Positions 57,440 to 64,000 of a DNA stretch of 64,000 nucleotides are shown one piece after another. Source of the stretch: Candidatus Latescibacterota bacterium. GTDB taxonomy: Bacteria; Latescibacterota; UBA2968. Position numbers and translations under genes: made by a program. Numbering within the stretch: the first letter of the stretch is position 1; every line of letters starts with the position of its first letter. Location of the stretch: the NCBI GenBank assembly GCA_965207885.1, contig OZ242311.1, positions 5,792,001 to 5,856,000 of the forward strand. Direction: 5' to 3'. The notes beneath the pieces were generated by a model. The model made no database searches, was not told the DNA's origin, and saw nothing but the letters and a program-made list of their open reading frames with translations.

Positions 57440-58441
57440 ATGAATCAACCTCCCGAATCATTCGTTCACGTTTATGAAGATCGCCTTCTGGATTTTGCTG
57501 CGGCTTGTTTTGAAAAGGCGGGGCTTGAGACCGAGCACGCGCGGGTTATCAGCCGCCTGCTGGTCAATAGCGATCTGCGAGGTGTTCGCAGCCACGGTAC
57601 GCGGACTGTGAATGGCTATTGCAAGAGTTTTGAAAATGGGAGTCTCAATCCGCGTCCCAATGTGCGGGTGATCGGTGAGACGCCGACGTGTGCTGTTATT
57701 GATGGGGATGGTACGGTGGGGTATCTCCCAATGGTGCGCGCGGCAGAGCACGCGATTCGCAAAGCTCAAGAGTTGGGTATGGGCATGGGGCTGGCGCGGC
57801 ATGTGGGGCATATTGGTTCGGCGGGTCATTATGCGCGGATGTGTTCCGAGGCGGGGTGTATTGGTTTTTGCGTGCAGGGCAGGCAGCAGGGAAATGCAAA
57901 GAGGGATGGCAGGGGGCCGCTTCTCGGCTATTTTGGCAATCCTCCGATATGTTTTGCGATTCCCTCTGGGGATGAGCCTCCGATTGTTCTGGATGCGGCG
58001 ACCTGTATTTTGGCGGATTACCAGCGGGGTCCGGAGTTTGAGGCTTTGTTCGAGATGATTCCGGCGGCGTTTTTTAAGAGTATTGGGTACACGGCTGTGG
58101 CTTCGATTATGGGGGGTGGATTGGCGGGGACCGGTCTTCCGTCTTCTCATGAGATGAAGGAGAAATGGCCCTCGTCAGGTGCGGGTGGTTGTGTTCTTGC
58201 GATCCGCATTGATCAGGCAGTTTCCGAAGAGGATTTCCGGGCTGAGTCAGATCACATGGTGAGAACGGTGCGCGAGACGTACGAGCCGATGCCGGGAAAT
58301 GACCGCGCGTTGTTGCCGGGTGCGATTGAGGAAGAGCGCATGGCGCTCCATCGCACCGAGGGTATTCGCTATGGCGAGATGGAGCAGGAAAACGCACGCG
58401 AGGTTAGCGCGCGTCTGGGGGTTCCGCTGCCCTGGGATTGA
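57440..58441 (+). CDS. Ldh_2 family oxidoreductase (malate/L-sulfolactate-type)
   Basis: SDLRGVRSHG, IDGDG..G, HIGSAGHY, GNPPICFAIP, LLPG. Confidence 0.88.
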   Translation: MNQPPESFVHVYEDRLLDFAAACFEKAGLETEHARVISRLLVNSDLRGVRSHGTRTVNGYCKSFENGSLNPRPNVRVIGETPTCAVIDGDGTVGYLPMVRAAEHAIRKAQELGMGMGLARHVGHIGSAGHYARMCSEAGCIGFCVQGRQQGNAKRDGRGPLLGYFGNPPICFAIPSGDEPPIVLDAATCILADYQRGPEFEALFEMIPAAFFKSIGYTAVASIMGGGLAGTGLPSSHEMKEKWPSSGAGGCVLAIRIDQAVSEEDFRAESDHMVRTVRETYEPMPGNDRALLPGAIEEERMALHRTEGIRYGEMEQENAREVSARLGVPLPWD

Positions 58442-58462
58442 TGGGACAAAGGTCTAATAACT

Positions 58463-58497
58463 AAAGCCCTATAGCTTATTGCTCTGGGGCTTTTTTT
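58463..58497 (+). terminator. Rho-independent terminator
   Basis: AAAGCCCTATAGC-loop-GCTCTGGGGCTTTTTTT. Confidence 0.7.
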
Positions 58498-58531
58498 ATC
58501 GGGCTTTCAATAAAAAGCCGAATCATACACA

Positions 58532-58560
58532 TTGACATTGAGAGAATCTCAACTTATTTT
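58532..58560 (+). promoter_or_regulatory. Sigma70 promoter with palindromic operator in the spacer
   Basis: TTGACA-17-TATTTT; TTGAGA-GAA-TCTCAA at 58538-58552. Confidence 0.55.
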
Positions 58561-58620
58561 GGCATTCAAAGCACTATCGCAGTTATCAAGTGTATCTACT
58601 TCACAAATTGGAGGTTACCA

Positions 58621-59604
58621 ATGTATATCGGAACGCAGGTGGCTTGTCGGAACGACACGGATATCGAGATTCTCGCGCAACTCGGGGTTTTTAATGTCGA
58701 TCAAACACCAGAGGGACCCTGGGCGGAGTGGAGTGCCGATGCGATTAAGTCCATGCGCGATCGGTATGATAAATACGGCATTAATTTGGAGATGATTCAC
58801 ATTCCGCTGGGTTCAAGCAATGCTTTTCAAAACGAGGCTGGCGCAATTTTCCTGGGTCCAAGCAATGAGCGTGATCGCGCTATTGAGCGGATGTGCGAGA
58901 CGGTTAAAATGGCGGCGGAAGCGGGGTTGCGAGGGCTGAATTACAATATCACGATTTTGGGACATATGCGGACAGAGCCGCGATACGGACGCGGAGGTGC
59001 GCGGCTGTCGTCGTTTGAGTACGATAAGTTGGACCAGTCTCTGGGCGAGTTTGAAGGCGGTGCTGCGGATGAAGACGAGATGTGGGCGCGCATCGATCAC
59101 TGGTTGCAGAATATTATGCCCGTGGCGGAGGAGTACAAAATTCAGATGGCGTGTCATCCCTCGGATCCGGGTATCGGATATGGGACGACGTATCGAGGGG
59201 TCGCGCGCGTGCTCGGTATGGTGGATGGTTTTAAGAAGTTTATCGATTTGTACGATAGTCCGTATAATGGATTGAATTTTTGCCTGGGCTGTATGTCCGA
59301 GAGCCTGGAAGATCCCAGTGCGGACGCCTATGATGTGATCCGTTATTTTGGAGAGCGCAAGAAGATTTTCAATGTGCATTTCCGCAATATCAAGGGCGGG
59401 CTTGGCAATTTTGTCGAGGTGTTCCCCGATGAGGGCGATGTGGATATGCTGAAGGCTTTGCGGACGTTCAAAGAAGTCGGCTATGAATATATGATTATGC
59501 CCGATCACGTTCCGGGTATTTCCGGTCCCGAATCGAGGCAGGTCGGTTTTGCGTACACGTATGGATATATCCACGCGCTGATGCAAGCGGTTAATGAAGA
59601 GTAA
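58621..59604 (+). CDS. Mannonate dehydratase (UxuA-like)
   Basis: PVAEEYKIQMACHPSDP, SPYNGLNFCLG, VHFRN, F.DEGDVDM, PDHVP. Confidence 0.85.
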   Translation: MYIGTQVACRNDTDIEILAQLGVFNVDQTPEGPWAEWSADAIKSMRDRYDKYGINLEMIHIPLGSSNAFQNEAGAIFLGPSNERDRAIERMCETVKMAAEAGLRGLNYNITILGHMRTEPRYGRGGARLSSFEYDKLDQSLGEFEGGAADEDEMWARIDHWLQNIMPVAEEYKIQMACHPSDPGIGYGTTYRGVARVLGMVDGFKKFIDLYDSPYNGLNFCLGCMSESLEDPSADAYDVIRYFGERKKIFNVHFRNIKGGLGNFVEVFPDEGDVDMLKALRTFKEVGYEYMIMPDHVPGISGPESRQVGFAYTYGYIHALMQAVNEE

Positions 59605-59701
59605 TCGTAGGGGACGGTTCCCGTATAGAGTCACTACGGGACAGGCTCCTGTGCCGTCCCCAGCAATTCCCTTATTCAGTCCACCATCAATCCCAAATTC
59701 T

Positions 59702-61708
59702 ATGTCCGCATCTCCAGAACCGCGCCTTCCCAAATCAGAAACCGCTGAAGGCTCTTCCGTTATTACCAAACGATCCCTCCTGATTGGGCTGGGTATGGCC
59801 ATGCTTATGCCCCTGTGGCCGACCTATACCAGTTTTGTGGTGAATTCAACGCGGGCTGATCATTCGCATCTTTCGATGGCAATGCTCATCCCTTTCGTGG
59901 GGCTTCTGATTCTGAACGCTTTTCTCGAGCGGCGCGGTATCGGGTTTTCTCCGACGGAATTGCTCACGGTTTGCTGTATCGGTTTTGTCGCATCTACTAT
60001 GCAGGGCGAGTGGCTCACGGTGTGGTTTTTACAGATGCTGACGATGCCGGCGTATTACGCGTCGCCAGAAAACCGGTTCGATGAGCTTCTCTTGCCGTAC
60101 ATGCCGAGTTGGACGACGATTACCGACCGCGATGCGGTGCGCGGATTTTACGAGGGGCAAGTGCCCGGTGCAGCGTTTCCGTGGGGCGAGTGGTTTTCGG
60201 TGCTTTTCTGGTGGGGTGCGCTGATTGCGAGTATTTTGGCGATTCACCTGTGTCTGAGCGTTTTGCTGCGGAAACAGTGGATGGAATACGAGCGGCTGTC
60301 TTTTCCGGTCGCCACCGCGCTGCTGGAACTCACGGGTGTTTCCGGTACGACGGGTACGCTGAGGACGCTTGTGCGCAATCGCCTGTTTCAATGGGGGTTT
60401 GGCCTTACGTTTGCCATTATTGCGTGGAATGTGTTTACGTGGTTCACGGTCAATTTGCCGATGTTTCCGTTTTTGGCAGGGCGATATGGGCGGAATGTGA
60501 TTTCGGTTGCGCCGGGCTTTCCGAGTATTGTGACCACGTTTGTGTTGCTCACGTTTTGTCTGGGGTATTTTACCAAGCTGGAGGTGCTCTTCAGCCTGTG
60601 GTTTTTCCATGTGGTTCAGATCTGTGTGGTGGGGCTGTTCAACCGCTTTGGCCTGGATTTGGGTCCGAACGATCCGTGGAGTTCGAGCCATCCGGCGATT
60701 GGCTGGATGACATTTGGGGGGATGGCCGTTTTTGTCGGCTGGGGGTTCTGGATTGCGCGGTCTCATTTTCGAGATATTTTTCGCAAGGCGTTTTTGCGCG
60801 ATGAAAGTGTAGATGATTCCGAAGAGATTATGTCCTATCGCACGGCTGTCTGGCTTTTGCTGGCGTGTTGCGGTTTTGTTTTTCTCTGGCTTTGGCGCGC
60901 GGGTATGGGAGCGGAGACGATTCTCGCATGGTCATTTGCGATGCTCGTTTTGTTTGTGGGGATGTCCCGCATTGTGGTGGAGAGCGGTCTGGTCTATCTT
61001 CGGGTGCCTCTCACGGCGCCGGGGTTTACATGGCATGCCGTCGGCGTTGGGAATATGGGGCCTGCTGGCGCTTCTATTTTGACGCTTACGATGAGTCTCG
61101 TGGCGGATGGGAAGACGTTTGCGACGACGCAGATGGCGCATGTTCCGCGGTTGAGTATGGCGATGGCAAAGCGCAGTCGCAAAGCCGTGGCGCCGACTGT
61201 GCTCATCGGCTGTTTGCTCGGCGCGGCGGTGGTTATCATATTCGTCATATACCAGGGGTATTACGGTATTGGCAGTGCCAATTTTGGCCGGACGACTTTT
61301 AAGGGGATTGGATCTCTCAATGGGGCGGGTTTTAGCCGTCTGGCTGTGTCCCGAATTCAGGGCGATGTGCTGTTTACGGACTGGAATCGCTTTTTGTTTA
61401 TGGGTATTGGCGGCATTTTTACAGGTACGCTCTACTTTCTGCGGTATCGCTTCCCGGGCTTTCCGATCCATCCCATTGGTTTTACGATCTGTGGCATGGT
61501 CGAGATGCAGGATAATTCTTTTAGTATTTTCCTGATGTGGGGTGTGAAGACGATTATTATGAAGTTGGGTGGTTTGGAGCGCTATCGGCGCTATGCACCC
61601 TTTTTCCTGGGGATGATTATGGGCTATATCGCGGGTGTTTTTCTGGGTGTTTTTGTCGATGTTTTCTGGTTTCCCGGAGAGGGGCACGAGATTCATTGCG
61701 ATCCATGA
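59702..61708 (+). CDS. DUF6785/DUF6784-type multi-TM membrane protein (putative transporter)
   Basis: YYASPEN, LLRKQWMEYERLSFP, VLFSLWFF, FPIHPIG, GGLERYRR..PFFLG. Confidence 0.75.
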   Translation: MSASPEPRLPKSETAEGSSVITKRSLLIGLGMAMLMPLWPTYTSFVVNSTRADHSHLSMAMLIPFVGLLILNAFLERRGIGFSPTELLTVCCIGFVASTMQGEWLTVWFLQMLTMPAYYASPENRFDELLLPYMPSWTTITDRDAVRGFYEGQVPGAAFPWGEWFSVLFWWGALIASILAIHLCLSVLLRKQWMEYERLSFPVATALLELTGVSGTTGTLRTLVRNRLFQWGFGLTFAIIAWNVFTWFTVNLPMFPFLAGRYGRNVISVAPGFPSIVTTFVLLTFCLGYFTKLEVLFSLWFFHVVQICVVGLFNRFGLDLGPNDPWSSSHPAIGWMTFGGMAVFVGWGFWIARSHFRDIFRKAFLRDESVDDSEEIMSYRTAVWLLLACCGFVFLWLWRAGMGAETILAWSFAMLVLFVGMSRIVVESGLVYLRVPLTAPGFTWHAVGVGNMGPAGASILTLTMSLVADGKTFATTQMAHVPRLSMAMAKRSRKAVAPTVLIGCLLGAAVVIIFVIYQGYYGIGSANFGRTTFKGIGSLNGAGFSRLAVSRIQGDVLFTDWNRFLFMGIGGIFTGTLYFLRYRFPGFPIHPIGFTICGMVEMQDNSFSIFLMWGVKTIIMKLGGLERYRRYAPFFLGMIMGYIAGVFLGVFVDVFWFPGEGHEIHCDP

Positions 61709-61723
61709 TCGCGGGGTGAGAGA

Positions 61724-62842
61724 ATGAAGATTACGGATGTCAAGACCTATACTGCTGGGCAGGATGGCAGAAATTTTTTGTTTTGCAGGGTTTTTACGGA
61801 TGAGGGGATCTATGGTGTGGGAGAGGCGACTGCATGGCCGAGTATTCAGACGGAGATTCACCACAAGGCGAGTTTGATTATTGGCGAGGATCCCTTTAAT
61901 ATCGAGCGGTTGTGGAGCAAGATGTTTTTGCAAACCCACGGGATGTCGGGCGTTGTGGGCGCGGGTGCGATTTCGGCTATTGAGACGGCGCTGTGGGATA
62001 TTAAGGGGAAGGCGTTTAATATGCCGGTCTGGCAATTGCTGGGCGGTCGGATGCGCGAGCGGTTGCGGGTGTACACGCATGCGAATACGGCTGAGAGCGC
62101 GCGGGAACTCGTGGATCAGGGCTTTACCGGTCTCAAGATGGGGGGGATTGAGCATTGTATTCGCGATATTACGGCGATACGCAATGAGGTAGGGGACGAT
62201 ATCGATATTATGGTCGATTTACACGGTATGCCGTGGATGACGACGCGCGATGCGATTTCTATGGGCCGGAGACTTGAAGAGTTCGGGGTGTTTTTTTACG
62301 AGGAACCAGTCGCGCCTGAGAATGTGGAGGCGCTTGCGCGCGTGTCCGAAGCGATCAATATCCCCCTTGCTGCCGGAGAACGGCTCGCCTATATCTACGG
62401 CGCTCGGGAGCTTATTGAGCGCGAGATTGTGGATGTTATCCAGCCGGATGCCGGGCGGTTCGGGGGTCTGGCTCAGATGAAGAAGCTCGCGGGTATGGCA
62501 GAGGCACACTATATCCAGTTTGCGCCGCACGATGGGTCGCTGGGTCCGGTGGGGGAGATCGCGTCTATCCATTTGTGTGCGACGCTGCCAAATTTTTTGA
62601 TCTGGGAGCACCGAACGGGCGATGTTCAAGCGCGGTATGAGGTGATGGCTCCGCAACCGGAAGTGGTCGATAGTTATATCGCAATTCCCGAGGGTCCGGG
62701 CCTGGGTGTTGATCTGGTGGATGAAGAGATCGAGAGATATGCGTGTGAGTTGCTGGGCGGGCGTTCGTCCTACGCAGAGGACAATACGTACGACAGTCAG
62801 TACGTCTATGCGCGATTTCCAAGAAAGCCGTGGTTGGGATAG
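61724..62842 (+). CDS. Mandelate racemase/galactonate dehydratase-like enolase
   Basis: TDEGIYGVGE, ALWDIKGK, MVDLHG, FYEEP, AAGER, QPD, APH, GPGLGV. Confidence 0.88.
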   Translation: MKITDVKTYTAGQDGRNFLFCRVFTDEGIYGVGEATAWPSIQTEIHHKASLIIGEDPFNIERLWSKMFLQTHGMSGVVGAGAISAIETALWDIKGKAFNMPVWQLLGGRMRERLRVYTHANTAESARELVDQGFTGLKMGGIEHCIRDITAIRNEVGDDIDIMVDLHGMPWMTTRDAISMGRRLEEFGVFFYEEPVAPENVEALARVSEAINIPLAAGERLAYIYGARELIEREIVDVIQPDAGRFGGLAQMKKLAGMAEAHYIQFAPHDGSLGPVGEIASIHLCATLPNFLIWEHRTGDVQARYEVMAPQPEVVDSYIAIPEGPGLGVDLVDEEIERYACELLGGRSSYAEDNTYDSQYVYARFPRKPWLG

Positions 62843-62913
62843 CGAATCCATCTTGACAAAATAACATATTCAGGTAGATTTCTTTTACCACCCCAACGAT
62901 ACTATCGTTGGCT

Positions 62914-62942
62914 CGACGCCCCGAAAGGGGCGTTTCTTTTTT
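62914..62942 (+). terminator. Rho-independent terminator with GAAA tetraloop
   Basis: GACGCCCC-GAAA-GGGGCGTT-TCTTTTT. Confidence 0.8.
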
Positions 62943-62960
62943 CCCTCCAATTGTGGCCCT

Positions 62961-63197
62961 TTACTTCAACAAGATAGCCGCCATAAGGGTAATCCAACTG
63001 CCGCACATAAGGGTGACAGTCCACTTTTGCCAGCTTCTCGCTTCTCGCTGGTCTTCCTCGTAGCGGCTTACAAAAGACCTCTGGTCTTCCTCATAGCGGT
63101 TTACACGTTCCTGGTTCTGTTCAATTAGCGTTTCCAACCTGATCAGCCGTTCCGCGTGTTGGCTTTGCCGGTCTCTCAATTCTGTAGTTTCGTTCAC
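62961..63197 (-). CDS. Small coiled-coil protein with C-terminal TM helix, tandem copy 3 (78 aa)
   Basis: AAGGAGAAT RBS plus GTG; ERLIRLETL...(RYEEDQR)x2...WQKWTVTLMCGSWITLMAAILLK. Confidence 0.75.
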   Translation of the reverse strand: MNETTELRDRQSQHAERLIRLETLIEQNQERVNRYEEDQRSFVSRYEEDQREARSWQKWTVTLMCGSWITLMAAILLK

Positions 63198-63208
63198 GCA
63201 TTCTCCTT

Positions 63209-63478
63209 TTACTTCAACAAGATAGCCGCCATAAGTGTAATCCAACTGCCACACATGAGGGTGACAGTCCACTTTTGCCAGTTCCGCGCTTCCCTCTGGT
63301 CTTCCTCGTAGCGGCTTACAAAAGACCTCTGGTCTTCCTCATAACGGCTTACAAAAGACCTTTGGTCTTCCTCGTAACGGTTCACACGTTCCTGGTTCTG
63401 CTCAATTAGCGTTTCCAATCTGATCAGCCGTTCCGCGTGTTGGCCTTGCCGGTCTCTCAATTCTGTAACTTCGTTCAC
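63209..63478 (-). CDS. Small coiled-coil protein with C-terminal TM helix, tandem copy 2 (89 aa)
   Basis: Same RBS and start; one extra 33-nt repeat. Confidence 0.75.
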   Translation of the reverse strand: MNEVTELRDRQGQHAERLIRLETLIEQNQERVNRYEEDQRSFVSRYEEDQRSFVSRYEEDQREARNWQKWTVTLMCGSWITLMAAILLK

Positions 63479-63489
63479 ACATTCTCCTT

Positions 63490-63705
63490 TTACTTCAACA
63501 AGATAGCCGCCATAAGGGTAATCCAACTGCCGCACATGAGGGTGACAGTCCACTTTTGCCAGCTTCTCGCTTCTCGCTGGTCTTGTTCATAACGTTTCAC
63601 AAAATCCCGCTGGTCTTTGTCATATCGCTCAATCAGCGTTTCCAACTTGATCAGCCGTTCCGCGTGTTCGGTTTGCCTGCCTCTCAATTCTGTAGCTTCG
63701 TTCAT
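63490..63705 (-). CDS. Small coiled-coil protein with C-terminal TM helix, tandem copy 1 (71 aa)
   Basis: AAGGAGAAT RBS plus ATG; lacks the 7-aa QNQERVN segment. Confidence 0.75.
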   Translation of the reverse strand: MNEATELRGRQTEHAERLIKLETLIERYDKDQRDFVKRYEQDQREARSWQKWTVTLMCGSWITLMAAILLK

Positions 63706-64000
63706 GCATTCTCCTTTTGTTACGTCCAAATCAGGCTATCCGTTTTTTGAACACACGCAACAGTCAGAACCTAAGCAAATATCGGGCCAAAAATGCGATT
63801 ATCACAAAATTGAGTGATAAAAAGGGTCAAAAGAAGTTCATGCATCTCATTATGACTTCAATATGCAGTATTGCGGTCTTGTTTACAACTTGAATTTGTG
63901 GATCGCCTGTTGAAGCGGGGATGGAGGCGTGCAAGCGTTGGCGATGCGAGTGTATATTTTGAGCGATGGATGAGGGTTATGTTGAAAGATATGTTCCTTT

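Noticed and set aside
62961-63716. CRISPR array
   Set aside because: The repeats are whole coding units with RBSs and in-frame 33-nt repeats; no unique spacers and no cas genes.
63790-64000. Possible CDS start at the right edge
   Set aside because: Too short to support any call.
1-64000. tRNA or rRNA genes; avoidance of GGYRCC sites
   Set aside because: No tRNA or rRNA signatures seen. GGCGCC, GGTACC and GGCACC all occur, so no obvious avoidance supports a specificity for the RM system.

Overview
Bacterial chromosomal window, probably from an FCB-group organism of the Latescibacterota/Gemmatimonadota type and possibly host (sponge)-associated. This is inferred from the FlgD/T9SS-type C-terminal domains, PorV, GWxTD proteins, a secreted ankyrin protein, PhyH and enolase-family genes. 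Left to right: partial S9 peptidase; higBA toxin-antitoxin; a low-GC sigma54-driven operon of secreted proteins with an internal duplication; FabV-like reductase; beta-CASP nuclease; TPR-parvulin; GWxTD protein; a TonB receptor/CTD-protein/PorV operon; IS4 copy 1; a Cre-like tyrosine recombinase; two low-GC membrane genes; a second GWxTD protein; spermidine-synthase fusion; ankyrin protein; DUF1552/DUF1592 pair; IS4 copy 2; a urt-porin-ure operon with eukaryote-like urease genes and no ureE; a BanI-like restriction-modification pair; sugar-acid catabolic genes; and three tandem coiled-coil/TM paralogs. The most notable observation is a 13-8-13 lox-like palindrome (hit by IS4 at its last base) just upstream of the Cre-like recombinase. 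A second, degenerate, inverted site with a 7/8-matching spacer lies about 260 bp away, and the two flank a TTGACA promoter aimed at the TonB operon. This is a candidate new Cre/lox-type invertible-promoter switch. All assignments come from reading the sequence; no database searches were run.
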